A stretch of DNA of 63,842 nucleotides, filler included, from Nanobdellota archaeon (GTDB lineage: Archaea; Nanobdellota; Nanobdellia; B33-G15), in NCBI GenBank assembly GCA_003660925.1. It is 3 parts of 3 records of this genome, joined end to end, with 100 filler letters (N's around TTAATTAATTAA, not from the genome) between each part and the next. Parts side by side here need not be neighbours in the genome. Positions count along the whole stretch, not along the records: positions 24,957 to 49,588 come from QMVD01000003.1; 2 more parts are not named here. One strand, 5' to 3'. The position numbers and the translations under genes were made by a program. The notes beneath the pieces are model-generated. The model was not told where the DNA came from. It made no database searches and worked only from the letters and a program-made list of their open reading frames with translations. Below, piece after piece: positions 27,650 through 37,749 of this stretch; the stretch's first letter is position 1; every line of letters starts with the position of its first letter.

Positions 27650-29948
27650 TGTTGTGCATCCTCCTTAAGTCTCCTTCAAAAGGCTTCAACTCCTTCGGAA
27701 CCTCCGTCTTTATCTCGCTCTTCAAGGACAATCCCCTCTCCTTCTTCTCCTTCCAAATCTTCTCGTTAAACCCCACAATCCTTTCGGTGTATTTCCTGTA
27801 TTTCTCGTACTTCCTATCAACCTTCGGGAACTTCTCCTTGTGGACGCTCCCTTCGTATAAGCTCCTCCAGATGTAATCGGTTATGGCCGGGACTATTGGA
27901 GCGAGGAGCCTTAAAACATCCTTTAGGACTTGATGCAAGGTGTACCACACAGCCTTCGCCTTCTCATCGTTCTCCCTCGCCCTTTCCTTGGTCATCTCTA
28001 TGTAATGAGAGGCAAATAATTCGTGAGTGAACTTCCTCAGGTGGTGGATCCCTTTATGAGGGTCGAATTCGTCATAAGCTTTTAACATCCTCTCCTTGGC
28101 CTCGTTCAATTCAGAGAGTATCCACTTATCCGTTTCCTCCAACTCTACCTCCTCCACCTGAGGAAACATGGAGACGTACCTGGCTATGTTCAGCAACTTC
28201 GTCAAGGACTTGAAGGCCCCTTCTATCCTCTCCTTGGATATCCTATAGTCATCCCCCACTGCCCCTTCCATGACGCTGTAAAACCTCAACGCATCCCCTC
28301 CATATTCGTCCAAGATCTCCTCGGGATAGATGACGTTCCCCAAGCTCTTGCTCATCTTCCTCCCCTTCTCGTCCAAACCCATTCCATTTATCCACACGTG
28401 CTCGAAGGCCCTCTTTCCCGTCAGCTGGTAGACCCTTAACAAGGAGTAGTACAACCAAGTCCTTATGATGTCTGTCCCCTGAGGCCTCAGCTTCTCCCCC
28501 TTTAAGAAGGTTCGCTTGAACTTCTCCTCATCCTTTTTGTATCCAGTTATGTAGAGCACGGAGATGCTCGAGTCCATCCAGGTATCAAGGGTTCTCTCCT
28601 CCCCCTTCCAATCTTCCGACCCACACTTCGGGCACTTGATCCCAGGCTTCTCCTTCCAAGGCTTATAATACCTCCCGGGCTTAGGGACGTGGATGTAACC
28701 ACATTTCTTGCAATACCACAAGGGGATCTCCGTCCCATAATATCTCCTCCTGCTTATGGGCCAATCCATTGTTATGGAATTCAACCAATCCAGCAATCTC
28801 TGCTTGTGCTTCTTCGGGTACCACTTCATTTCATCAGCTATCTTCTTCAACTCCTCCACGAACTCTACTTGTTTCAGGTAATATTCAGGCATGGAGATTA
28901 TCTCGATCTCACTCTTGCACTTATCGTGTATGGGGACTTTATGCTCTATCTCTTCCACCTTCTCCAACAGACCTTCCTTCCTCAGGTCCTCGACGATCTT
29001 CTCCCTCGCCTCCTTCACGCTCAGCCCCGCGTATTTCCCTGCTTCTTCCGTTAATTTCCCGTCGATGTCTAAAACCTTCCTCTCCTTGAGCCTCCACTTC
29101 CTGAAGAGCCTCACGTCCACCGAATCCCCATAGCTACAGACCATCTCCATGCCCGTCCCGAACTCAGGGTCCACCTCTTTATCAGCAGCTATCTTGACTT
29201 CCCTCCCGTAAATGGGGAGGATGACTTTTTTCCCTATCAAGTCCTTATACCTATCATCCTCGGGATGAACGAGGACCAAATCACATCCTGCTATCAACTC
29301 CGGTCTCGTGGTGGCTATTAGGACGTGACCCCCTTTCTTTAAGGGGAACTTTATGTAGTAGAGCTTCCCCTTCTCTGTCTTGTATTCCACCTCTGCATCC
29401 GCGATGGTGGTCCTACAACGAGGGCACCAGTTATTCGGCCTGTTCGCCTCGTATATCAGCCCCCTCTTCCACAGTTCTATGAAAGTGGCTTGGGTCAAGG
29501 CCCTGTATTCGTCTAGGTCGGTCCTATATCTGTGATCTATGTCTCCTGATAACATCAACCTCCTCATGATGTTGGCCATGTTATCATCATACTTATCCAG
29601 AGCGGTCCTACATAACTCGACGAACTTCTCCCTAGGATATTTCCACATGTCTATCCCTTCGTACTTCTCTACGTACCATTCCACCGGGATCCCGTTCCTA
29701 TCTATCCCTATGGGATATAACACGTTGTAGCCCTTCATCCTCCTACTCCTAGCTATGATATCTTGCTGAGCATAGCTTATGGCCGCGCCTATATGCCAAA
29801 AGGGACCGGGGTAAGGGGGAGGGGTATCTATGACGAAGATGGGTTCCTTCTCCTCGAACTCGTACCACCCTTCCTTCATCCAAAGTTCTATCATCCCTTT
29901 TTCTATATCCACTGACCAGACCTTCTCCTTTATCTTGGGCTGGAACAT
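27642..29948 (-). CDS. valS: Valine--tRNA ligase (archaeal type)
   Basis: DTPPPY, HIGA, ATTRPE, DWPISRRRYYG, DTWMDSS, DIIRTW, KMSKS; TATA 27 nt before ATG 29948. Confidence 0.95.
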   Translation of the reverse strand: MFQPKIKEKVWSVDIEKGMIELWMKEGWYEFEEKEPIFVIDTPPPYPGPFWHIGAAISYAQQDIIARSRRMKGYNVLYPIGIDRNGIPVEWYVEKYEGIDMWKYPREKFVELCRTALDKYDDNMANIMRRLMLSGDIDHRYRTDLDEYRALTQATFIELWKRGLIYEANRPNNWCPRCRTTIADAEVEYKTEKGKLYYIKFPLKKGGHVLIATTRPELIAGCDLVLVHPEDDRYKDLIGKKVILPIYGREVKIAADKEVDPEFGTGMEMVCSYGDSVDVRLFRKWRLKERKVLDIDGKLTEEAGKYAGLSVKEAREKIVEDLRKEGLLEKVEEIEHKVPIHDKCKSEIEIISMPEYYLKQVEFVEELKKIADEMKWYPKKHKQRLLDWLNSITMDWPISRRRYYGTEIPLWYCKKCGYIHVPKPGRYYKPWKEKPGIKCPKCGSEDWKGEERTLDTWMDSSISVLYITGYKKDEEKFKRTFLKGEKLRPQGTDIIRTWLYYSLLRVYQLTGKRAFEHVWINGMGLDEKGRKMSKSLGNVIYPEEILDEYGGDALRFYSVMEGAVGDDYRISKERIEGAFKSLTKLLNIARYVSMFPQVEEVELEETDKWILSELNEAKERMLKAYDEFDPHKGIHHLRKFTHELFASHYIEMTKERARENDEKAKAVWYTLHQVLKDVLRLLAPIVPAITDYIWRSLYEGSVHKEKFPKVDRKYEKYRKYTERIVGFNEKIWKEKKERGLSLKSEIKTEVPKELKPFEGDLRRMHNIK

Positions 29949-29981
29949 GGCATCAGAACGAGTAGAACTATTAAAAAGTTT

Positions 29982-30033
29982 TTCAGAGTACCCGGCCACC
30001 ACCCTTCATGCTGAAAGTTCATCTTTCACCCTT
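29982..30033 (-). ncRNA. Candidate box C/D guide sRNA
   Basis: Minus strand: AAGATGA (C) - ACTTTCAGC - ATGA (D') - GTGGTGG (C') - CCGGGTACT - CTGA (D); TTTTTAA upstream. Confidence 0.4.
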
Positions 30034-30086
30034 ATTAAACTTTTCGAACCTGGAAAAGTTAAAAAGGTCAAGAGGATAGTAACAAC

Positions 30087-30434
30087 ATGCGCTTCACGAA
30101 GAGGGTACGGAGGGAGCTCCTGCTCGAGGTGCTCCTCTTCTGCTTCGGGATGCTCTTCATATCCCTCTTCTACTTGGACAACATCCTTCTCACCCTCCTC
30201 TTGATCATGGGATGGTCCGTTGGAATTAAATTCTGGCACAGGAAGGACGACTTCTATTTCTTCCTCAGCGGTGCCGTGGTGGGACCGATCGGGGAGATCG
30301 TGTGCATTCATTTCGGTGCTTGGAAGTATACCAACCCGTCTTTTTTAGGCATCCCTATTTGGTTGCCCTTCGCCTGGGGCCTAGCCACGATGTTGATCAA
30401 GAGGGTAGCGGAAACGTTCCTGAAGGTCAAGTAA
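30087..30434 (+). CDS. Small membrane protein (DUF2878-like)
   Basis: GPIGEIVCIHFGAWKY...GIPIWLPFAWG. Confidence 0.75.
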   Translation: MRFTKRVRRELLLEVLLFCFGMLFISLFYLDNILLTLLLIMGWSVGIKFWHRKDDFYFFLSGAVVGPIGEIVCIHFGAWKYTNPSFLGIPIWLPFAWGLATMLIKRVAETFLKVK

Positions 30435-30466
30435 CCTTTATCTTTTAAGTGGTTCTTTAGGAACTC

Positions 30467-31306
30467 ATGAGGCCAAAATTCCTGGAGGCGGATATGGAGG
30501 AGAAGATAGCTCTAGCTAGGGAGCTCATGGAAAAGTGTGAGCTGTGTGAGAGAAAGTGTGGGGTCAATCGGTTGGAGGGAGAGGTGGGGTTCTGCGGCGT
30601 GAAGGAGGCCAGGATATCCACTTACTTCTTTCACTACGGAGAGGAGCCCGAGATAATCCCGAGCTTCACCATCTTCTTCTCTGGATGTAACTTCAACTGC
30701 GTTTATTGCCAGAACTGGGACATAAGCCAGTTCCCGGAGAGAGGAGAAGTGATAGAACCAGAGGTCATAGCGAGGATAATAGAAGGGGCTTATGAGAACG
30801 GGGCCAAGAACGTGAACTGGGTGGGAGGGGAGCCCACCCCCAGCTTGTTGTACATCTTAGAAGTCCTGAAGCACGTGAGGGTTCCCATTCCCATCATCTG
30901 GAACTCCAACTTCTACATGACCAGGAAATGCATGAAGATTTTGGACGGGGTTATAGATATCTATCTCCCAGATTTTAAGTATGGGAACGACGAATGTGCT
31001 TTGAGATTAAGTAACGTCCCGAACTACTTCAAGGTCGTCTCAAGGAATCACAAGCTCGCCCAGAAACAGGGAGAGTTGATGATAAGGCATCTGGTGCTCC
31101 CAAATCACTTGGAATGCTGCACGAAGCCTGTCCTGGATTGGATAGCGGACAACCTCGGGACCGATGTTTATCTGAACGTCATGGGACAATACAGACCTGA
31201 ATACAAGGCGATGAAGTTCAAGGACATAGACAGGAGGATAACTTGGAAGGAGTACGAGGAGGCATTGGAATACGCGAGGAAGCTGGGATTTAGAGTGAGG
31301 GGATGA
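30467..31306 (+). CDS. PflX-like radical SAM protein
   Basis: CELCERKCGVNR, HYGEEP, CNFNCVYCQN, DFKYGN, IRHLVLP, MGQYRP. Confidence 0.88.
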   Translation: MRPKFLEADMEEKIALARELMEKCELCERKCGVNRLEGEVGFCGVKEARISTYFFHYGEEPEIIPSFTIFFSGCNFNCVYCQNWDISQFPERGEVIEPEVIARIIEGAYENGAKNVNWVGGEPTPSLLYILEVLKHVRVPIPIIWNSNFYMTRKCMKILDGVIDIYLPDFKYGNDECALRLSNVPNYFKVVSRNHKLAQKQGELMIRHLVLPNHLECCTKPVLDWIADNLGTDVYLNVMGQYRPEYKAMKFKDIDRRITWKEYEEALEYARKLGFRVRG

Positions 31307-31343
31307 GGAAAGTTTTATTATCCTCTTCTACCCACATTCTTTC

Positions 31344-32168
31344 ATGTTGCTCTTCGGCACAGCGGGCGTCCCCTTGAGCACCAAGAAACGTTCCACCATA
31401 GAGGGGGTTAAGAGGGTGAGGGAATTAGGGTTGGACGCCATGGAGATAGAGTTCGTCAGGGGGGTCAAGATGGGAAAGGAGATGGCGGAGGAGGTGAGGA
31501 AGGTAGCAGAGGAGAACAAGGTGGCCCTGACGGCCCACGGGCCCTACTACATCAACCTCAACTCCAAGGAGAAGGCCAAGGTGGAGAAGAGCAAGCTGAA
31601 CATCTACCAGACAGCGGTGATAGCCTACATAGCCGGAGGGACTTCGATAACCTTCCATTCGGGGTATTACATGGACATGAAAAAAGAGAAGGTCTACGAG
31701 ATCGTGAAAGAGAACCTTAAAGATGTCTTGAAGAGGCTAGAAGAGGAAGGGGTGAAGATATGGGTGAGGCCAGAGTTGACGGGGAAGCCCACCCAATTCG
31801 GGGATCTTGACGAGTTGATCAGGCTAAGTCAAGAGTTAGAAGGAGTCCTCCCGTGTATCGACTTCGCCCACCTTCACGCGAGGTACAACGGGAAGTACAA
31901 CAGCATCGAGGAGTGGAGAGAAGTCCTCTCTAAATTGGAAAAGGGGTTGGGAAGGGAAGTCTTAAAGAACATGCACATCCACATGTCGGGGATAAATTAC
32001 AGCGAGAAGGGGGAGAGGAATCACCTGAACTTAGAGGATTCTGATTTGAGGTATAAGGACCTCTTAAAAGTATGGAAGGAGTTCAAGATAGAAGGGATAG
32101 TCATATCGGAGAGTCCGAACATAGAAGGGGATGCCCTCCTGTTGAAAGAGACCTTCAAACGAACTTAG
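31344..32168 (+). CDS. nfo: Endonuclease IV-like AP endonuclease
   Basis: FGTAG, EIEFV, HGPYYINL, PELTGK..QFG, DFAH, GERNH, ISESP. Confidence 0.88.
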   Translation: MLLFGTAGVPLSTKKRSTIEGVKRVRELGLDAMEIEFVRGVKMGKEMAEEVRKVAEENKVALTAHGPYYINLNSKEKAKVEKSKLNIYQTAVIAYIAGGTSITFHSGYYMDMKKEKVYEIVKENLKDVLKRLEEEGVKIWVRPELTGKPTQFGDLDELIRLSQELEGVLPCIDFAHLHARYNGKYNSIEEWREVLSKLEKGLGREVLKNMHIHMSGINYSEKGERNHLNLEDSDLRYKDLLKVWKEFKIEGIVISESPNIEGDALLLKETFKRT

Positions 32169-32355
32169 ATAGGGGTTCCTTGAGCCTTGCCACCTTTACC
32201 CTTCCTTTTCTCTCCCTCTTCAACAGCCCCTCCTCTTCCAAGCGTTTCAACCACCTATAAACCGTCCCCTTACTTATCCTCAACTCCCTAGCGATCCTAG
32301 CTCCGTAGGGTTCTTCGTCCTTTCTTATAAAGCTCAAGATGACCTTCTCGTACAT
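32155..32355 (-). CDS. Winged-HTH protein
   Basis: IARELRISKGTVYRWLKRLEEEGLL. Confidence 0.8.
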   Translation of the reverse strand: MYEKVILSFIRKDEEPYGARIARELRISKGTVYRWLKRLEEEGLLKRERKGRVKVARLKEPLSKFV

Positions 32356-32406
32356 GGTTACAAAGCATGCTCAACCTTTATTAATCCTATTTTTCAACTC
32401 TTTATT

Positions 32407-32492
32407 GCGGGGGTGCCCGAGCCAGGTCAAAGGGGCAGGACTTAAGATCCTGTGCCTTAGTGGCTGCGTGGGTTCAAATCCCACCCCCCGCA
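32407..32492 (+). tRNA. tRNA-Leu(TAA)
   Basis: GCGGGGG/CCCCCGC; CAGGA-CTTAAGA-TCCTG; long variable arm. Confidence 0.95.
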
Positions 32493-32507
32493 TCTTTCCC
32501 TTCAGAG

Positions 32508-34037
32508 CTACTTCAGGACGGCGACCTCTTCGTAAATCACACAGCTGTTGTCAACAGGTTCCTTGTAATAGCTGGTGAGGTCAAACGAGCCCTTCAGGGG
32601 GTTTGGATCCGAAAACGCGTGGACGAGTTCACCATCGAGATAAATGGCGAAATCGTTTCCGTTCCTGGAAATCTCGAGGAGATAACTTCTGTTCGGCCTG
32701 ATCTCCCTGCGGGGTTCTGCTATGATAAAATGTCCTTCCTGCCCGCTCTTATATATTGCTATTCGCGAGGCTTCGATTATCTGGATCTCGTACATGTCCG
32801 AATTTCTCTCGAAGAATATCAATGCGCCTCCATCGATGATCCTGAACTTCACCTTCACGGTGTAATTCGTGCCCTGCACTTCGAATTTGTATCCTTTCGT
32901 CCCGTTCTTCGACTCGAATCCCATTCCCCCGAAATCTTCCCTGAAGACGAGTTCTTTCGCTTCAGGGATCCGTGATGCGACGTCTGTGGGATCAAATATC
33001 TCGACATCCTTGAGCGACGTGTTGGATATGTCGTGTCTTCTCGTGAAGTAATCCTTCGCCACTTTCTTGCAGTCGTTCGAATAATCATTCAGGGACCAGA
33101 GGAACCACCCATCCACTTTTCCATAATTCTCCCTGAAGAACAGATCGAACACATCGCTTGAAGTGCCTGCTGGGTGACTCATCTCGCCGTAGAAGACCCC
33201 CCTCGCGTCGTACTTATCCCTCATCTCTATGGACTTATTTATAGTCGCAATTATGCATTTGAGGATGTTTTCCTCTGTCGGGACTTTTTCTATCCCTATG
33301 CAGTAGAAGTCACTCGTTATGTAGTCCCACCCGGAAAAGTTGAACTCAGTGTTCTTCGATGCGAATGGTCTTTCGGAAAACGGGTCGAAGTAGTAGAATT
33401 GAAGGCCCCTTGGAGCGAGATATCCGTTGTACACCTTCTTGAGTTCAGGTAAAATTTCCTCGTGCCACCTGTTCGCCTTTTTTTCACCGACCCATAAGAA
33501 TAGCTCATTGACGGGCGAGAACATCTCCACGTCGTTCTCCTCAGCTATCCTCGCCCATTTTAACGAGAGATTCTTCATCTCCTCGAGGAACTTGTCCGGA
33601 TTCTTCATCCCTGTCCCATACGCCTCGTGGAACCCCGTCCTTTCCGGATAGATCACTAAGTAAACCTTATACCCAAGCTCATGCGCTTTCCTTATCCTCC
33701 TCACGATTATCTCCTCCGTGTTCTCCGATAATCTCCTGAGCTTTTCTACGGGTATGATGTCCTCTGGTCTCGCCAAGCTCTCGTAAAACTCTACCACTTC
33801 ACCGTCCTTCGTCACTTGAGGCCAGACGACAACCTGTACATAGTTGCATCCCATTTCGGATATTTGCTGAAAGTCAAAATCGTTCAGGACAGTACACCCC
33901 CTTATTGGAATTAGTTCTTCTATTTCCCCCGAAACTCCAATGGCTTTAGGTGGGAAGTACAATCTTAGGAAGAGGGCAAGGAGCACCATGAGAATTAAGA
34001 GAGGGATAAAGAAAAAGGCTCTCTTCATAAAGTTCAC
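32508..34037 (-). CDS. Membrane-anchored glycoside hydrolase-like TIM barrel (GH113/clan A-like) with C-terminal ConA-like domain
   Basis: Signal anchor; ARIAEENDVEMFSPVNEL (putative acid/base), FYGEM (putative nucleophile), GWFLW; beta-rich tail ending IYLDGELV. Confidence 0.6.
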   Translation of the reverse strand: MNFMKRAFFFIPLLILMVLLALFLRLYFPPKAIGVSGEIEELIPIRGCTVLNDFDFQQISEMGCNYVQVVVWPQVTKDGEVVEFYESLARPEDIIPVEKLRRLSENTEEIIVRRIRKAHELGYKVYLVIYPERTGFHEAYGTGMKNPDKFLEEMKNLSLKWARIAEENDVEMFSPVNELFLWVGEKKANRWHEEILPELKKVYNGYLAPRGLQFYYFDPFSERPFASKNTEFNFSGWDYITSDFYCIGIEKVPTEENILKCIIATINKSIEMRDKYDARGVFYGEMSHPAGTSSDVFDLFFRENYGKVDGWFLWSLNDYSNDCKKVAKDYFTRRHDISNTSLKDVEIFDPTDVASRIPEAKELVFREDFGGMGFESKNGTKGYKFEVQGTNYTVKVKFRIIDGGALIFFERNSDMYEIQIIEASRIAIYKSGQEGHFIIAEPRREIRPNRSYLLEISRNGNDFAIYLDGELVHAFSDPNPLKGSFDLTSYYKEPVDNSCVIYEEVAVLK

Positions 34038-34318
34038 CTCTTAGGGATGTCGGTGGGGCGCAATTCCTTCACTTCCTCTTCCCCGATGGGCCAGGGCCTC
34101 TTGTTCACGACCAGGTCCAAGTATGTCCTGACCTCATACGCGTAGCTTAGGTACTTATTGGTGAACTTGGCTATCCCCTCGTGCCTCCTCCCCAAGATCA
34201 AGGCGTAGAACCAGTGGAACACGACTGCGATGCTCACCACTAGTCCCCATACCCCCAAGATGATGCCGTAAACAAGGGAAAGGGGGATCCTCAAGAGAAC
34301 TTCGAGTCTTTCTCCCAT
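34034..34318 (-). CDS. DUF4389-like membrane protein
   Basis: ERLEVLLRIP...HWFYALILGRRH...RPWP. Confidence 0.75.
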   Translation of the reverse strand: MGERLEVLLRIPLSLVYGIILGVWGLVVSIAVVFHWFYALILGRRHEGIAKFTNKYLSYAYEVRTYLDLVVNKRPWPIGEEEVKELRPTDIPKR

Positions 34319-34333
34319 TCTTGAAAATCACTT

Positions 34334-35464
34334 TCAGGGGTTAAAAACTTTCCTTTTGAAAGGAGGTTTCAACTCCCTCCCCAAATGATATTTTTCCCCA
34401 GAGACTTTCACCCACCTTACTTTCCTATATCTCAAGAGATCGGATGATATCCCAATCAGGGTGAGGGCCTGTAGAAAGGGGACTAGTAAGAGATAAGGTA
34501 ACACCCAGAGATATACTTCCCTCTTGGCCTCGAATCTCTTCAAGGATAGGAGGATGGAGGAGAGGTTCAGCAAGCAAGAGAGGAGAGCGAAGGGGTTTGA
34601 GAGAGAGAACAAGGACAGCAAGAACTGGAAGCTGAGGGTGTAGTTGATTACGGTCAGCGTTCCATAAACGATGTCCCCTTTATGAAGGAGGGAGGAGTGT
34701 ATGGTCCCATGAAGCCACCTCTTCCTTTCGTTCAGATAGGACTTCAAGTCTTCCACATCTTCCACCAACACGATCGCCCTATCGCAGAAGGAAGTCTTGA
34801 ATCTCGACATCACTTCGAGGGATAATTCCGCGTCTTCCGTTAACGTCTTCACGCTGTAATAACCTACTTTTCTCAAGACATCGAGCTTTATCCCGGTGTT
34901 GGAACCATATAGCGCGCTCTTTCCCAAGAGCCTGTATCTACCTAACATGCTCGCCCCGAAGAGCCAGAAGTCCTCCACGATCCTTATCTTGGACATCCAA
35001 GTCGTGAAGTTCCCCCCTATCACGGGAGCGCTCACAGCATCGCCCTCTTGGAGGTGTCTCACGAGCTCTCTCACCCACCCTTTTGGGAGGACCGCATCCA
35101 CGTCAGTGGCTAGGATTATTTCCCCAGTCGCCATTTCCTTGATGACCTTATTCATCAACTCCGCCTTCTTCTCGTGATGTCTCTTCGCCCTGTAGAACTT
35201 TATCAGCCCCTTCCTCGCGTATTTCTCACATATCTTGGGCGTGTCATCGGTAGAAGCATCATCAGCGATGATTATCTCTAAGTTGGGGTAATCTTGGTTC
35301 AAGCAGTTTTTTATGAACCTCTCTACCACTTCTTCATCGTCCCAGACCCTGCAGAGGATGGAGACCTTAGGGAACTCCCTTAACTTCCTTTTTTTCTCCC
35401 TCCCAAACGCAGCAAGTACGGTCAAGAGGTTCAGGAACGAAAACAAGAGGAGGAGCCACATCAT
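34334..35464 (-). CDS. GT2 glycosyltransferase
   Basis: DDASTD, TDVD, TEDAE, ERKRW; C-terminal TMs. Confidence 0.88.
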   Translation of the reverse strand: MMWLLLLFSFLNLLTVLAAFGREKKRKLREFPKVSILCRVWDDEEVVERFIKNCLNQDYPNLEIIIADDASTDDTPKICEKYARKGLIKFYRAKRHHEKKAELMNKVIKEMATGEIILATDVDAVLPKGWVRELVRHLQEGDAVSAPVIGGNFTTWMSKIRIVEDFWLFGASMLGRYRLLGKSALYGSNTGIKLDVLRKVGYYSVKTLTEDAELSLEVMSRFKTSFCDRAIVLVEDVEDLKSYLNERKRWLHGTIHSSLLHKGDIVYGTLTVINYTLSFQFLLSLFSLSNPFALLSCLLNLSSILLSLKRFEAKREVYLWVLPYLLLVPFLQALTLIGISSDLLRYRKVRWVKVSGEKYHLGRELKPPFKRKVFNP

Positions 35465-35901
35465 ACCTCAACTTCTATCCAAAACCTTGTGCTGAAATAT
35501 TCCTTCAGGTCAACCTTGCTCTCTTTAGCCTTTTCCTCGTATATCTCCCACAACTTCTTCCCTGCCTTGAGCACCTCCTTCTTTAGTCCCTTCGACTCCT
35601 TCACGATGGTCTTGTAGGCCTCGTTCACCGAAGTGTTCCCTTCCAAGTTCATCCTCTTCACGATCCCTTTCTTGCTCGCGTAAAGCAGGGCCATAGAGAG
35701 CAGATATCTCTCATCCGTTATCCCGCACTCCACCACCTTCTTGAACTTCTTCTGGTAAACCTCTGGCCAACTCTTCACTATTTCCTTCAAGTCTTTTTCC
35801 CCGCTCGATAAGATATCGAGCAACACCTCCAGCCTAAGCTTGAAGGGCTCCCTTTCAAACAAGGGATAAAACCCCTTCCTTATCCTCTCCTCGATCCCCA
35901 T
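35461..35901 (-). CDS. Hypothetical protein
   Basis: Typical codon usage; GGAGGT SD upstream; overlaps the GT2 start. Confidence 0.7.
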   Translation of the reverse strand: MGIEERIRKGFYPLFEREPFKLRLEVLLDILSSGEKDLKEIVKSWPEVYQKKFKKVVECGITDERYLLSMALLYASKKGIVKRMNLEGNTSVNEAYKTIVKESKGLKKEVLKAGKKLWEIYEEKAKESKVDLKEYFSTRFWIEVEV

Positions 35902-35980
35902 ATCCAGAACACCTCCTTCGGACTTTTAAAGTTTTGAGTTGAAGGTAACTTTAAATAATGAGGTCGACCCAAGAGAGTTT

Positions 35981-36340
35981 ATGGAGATCAAGGCGAAGTT
36001 CGGAGAAGTGGAGGTTGATGGCAAGAAATACGAGAGGGACATCATAATCTTCGGAAAAGAGATCAAGTTGAGAAGAAAGGACTTATCGGCCCCTAAGAAA
36101 CCATCTTATGGTCACACACCTTTGACGAGGGAGGAGCTAGAACCTTTCGAGACGAATTTGAAGAAATTCAAAAAGATAATCATAGGGAAGGGGTTCAGCG
36201 GTTTCTTGCCCATTGAAGAGGAGGCCTTGAACTACCTTAAGTCCCTAGGTTTGGAGGCAGTGTCCTTAAACACACCAGAAGCCATTGAGGAATTCAAGAA
36301 AGAAGAGGACGCGATCTTATTCCTACACATCACTTGTTGA
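35981..36340 (+). CDS. MTH938/DUF498-like protein
   Basis: FGEVEVDGKKYERDI, IIGKG..G.L, TPEAI, HITC. Confidence 0.82.
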   Translation: MEIKAKFGEVEVDGKKYERDIIIFGKEIKLRRKDLSAPKKPSYGHTPLTREELEPFETNLKKFKKIIIGKGFSGFLPIEEEALNYLKSLGLEAVSLNTPEAIEEFKKEEDAILFLHITC

Positions 36341-36384
36341 AATTTTAGGGAAGAATTTTTAACTTTTGAGTAACTAAGAAATTG

Positions 36385-37209
36385 ATGGTGGACTTCAAGC
36401 AAAGGATCATCCTGAAGCCGGGTAAACAGAGGGAGATCATAGAAGAGTACGTGAGGCTGGTGGGAGGTCTCAGGAAAGCTGCGAGGCGATTGGGGATCCA
36501 TCGATCCACGTTTTTCAATTACAAGATCGGAAAGGCCAAGAGTTTACCTCTCGAGATAGCGCGAAAGATCGCGGAAGAAATAGGTTATGACCTGAACGAG
36601 ATAGCTGAGGGGACAGCGACCTTGAAGGAGAGGACGGCCATGGGGTTCGCGAAGTGGAGGGAGAAGCATAAGGGCTTCTGGTCCTATATGCTTTACCTGT
36701 TCAACAAACATTATCGTTTGAGAAAGAGGAATGATGAGGAGAGCAAGGAACTCTTGCTCTGGGTCGAGAAAATGATCGAGACCATCAAGAAGAGGGGCAC
36801 TTTAGAGGACCTGTTGGAAGGCGCGTCTTCGGGGGACGGATTACTCGGGATCATCTCAAACAATTATGACATCTTCTCCAAGATATTTAAGATAGAATTG
36901 GAACGAGAGGATTTCCCTTTGTTCCTGAGGATTTATTTTTTGATCAGGGATAATCCCGGGATGACTGAGAGGGAACTAGGGGAGAAATTGAGGGTCCCGA
37001 AGGAGGAGGTGAGGAGGATCATTTACAAGACGAACAGATTCTTCGTCGGGAAAATCAAGAACGGATCGGAGTCCCGGTGGTGGGTGAAGAGACACCTATC
37101 TTCCGAGAACCTGTATAAAAGCTCGGCCAACCTGATATATGACAAAAAGTTGAAGTCAGCCATCCACGAGGAGATCGAGCTTAGGGGGGTCGTAAGGGAA
37201 AGCATTTAA
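36385..37209 (+). CDS. HTH-containing hypothetical protein
   Basis: GLRKAARRLGIHRSTFFNY; second HTH-like NPGMTERELGEKL. Confidence 0.7.
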   Translation: MVDFKQRIILKPGKQREIIEEYVRLVGGLRKAARRLGIHRSTFFNYKIGKAKSLPLEIARKIAEEIGYDLNEIAEGTATLKERTAMGFAKWREKHKGFWSYMLYLFNKHYRLRKRNDEESKELLLWVEKMIETIKKRGTLEDLLEGASSGDGLLGIISNNYDIFSKIFKIELEREDFPLFLRIYFLIRDNPGMTERELGEKLRVPKEEVRRIIYKTNRFFVGKIKNGSESRWWVKRHLSSENLYKSSANLIYDKKLKSAIHEEIELRGVVRESI

Positions 37210-37235
37210 GGAGGATGATGATTAATCTTATCCGT

Positions 37236-37309
37236 GCCCCGGTAGCTCAGCCTGGTGGAGCGCCACACTGGTAATGTGGAGGTCGCGGGTTCGAACCCCG
37301 CCCGGGGCT
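37236..37309 (+). tRNA. tRNA-Thr(GGT)
   Basis: GCCCCGG/CCGGGGC; CCACA-CTGGTAA-TGTGG; GTTCGAAC. Confidence 0.95.
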
Positions 37310-37314
37310 CTTCC

Positions 37315-37662
37315 ATGCGGGGGAGACTCAAGCGTGCGGATGCAGAAGTGATAAACCTCCTCAAGAAGGTGATCTCAAAAATTAAGGAGAAACCGGAATT
37401 AGTTAGGGGATACGATGTGAGTTGGAAAGAAGTATCCTTCATGGTTGAGATGGGCAAGGTGCCCGTTAGCGTCCTCATCCATGCTGGGGGAGATCACGCG
37501 TTTTTGATTGAGGAGAGGGAGAGACTCGGGCTGACTTTGAAAGAAGCTAAAAGATTGAAGGGATTCCTCAAAAGAGCAGACGAAGAGGATCTCCTGAAGT
37601 TGAAGGAGGACATCCCGTACCTTACATCCGAGGATGTCGAGGAATACTATGAAAAGACTTAG
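37315..37662 (+). CDS. Hypothetical protein directly after tRNA-Thr
   Basis: ATG 5 nt after the tRNA; typical codon usage. Confidence 0.65.
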   Translation: MRGRLKRADAEVINLLKKVISKIKEKPELVRGYDVSWKEVSFMVEMGKVPVSVLIHAGGDHAFLIEERERLGLTLKEAKRLKGFLKRADEEDLLKLKEDIPYLTSEDVEEYYEKT

Positions 37663-37749
37663 CCCTTGATTTTCAGCGATCATCTAAGTTCTCGAAGAAG
37701 GTCCTCGCGGAGACTGGCGTGGCGCCCATGGTTTTGGATTTTGAGCCTT

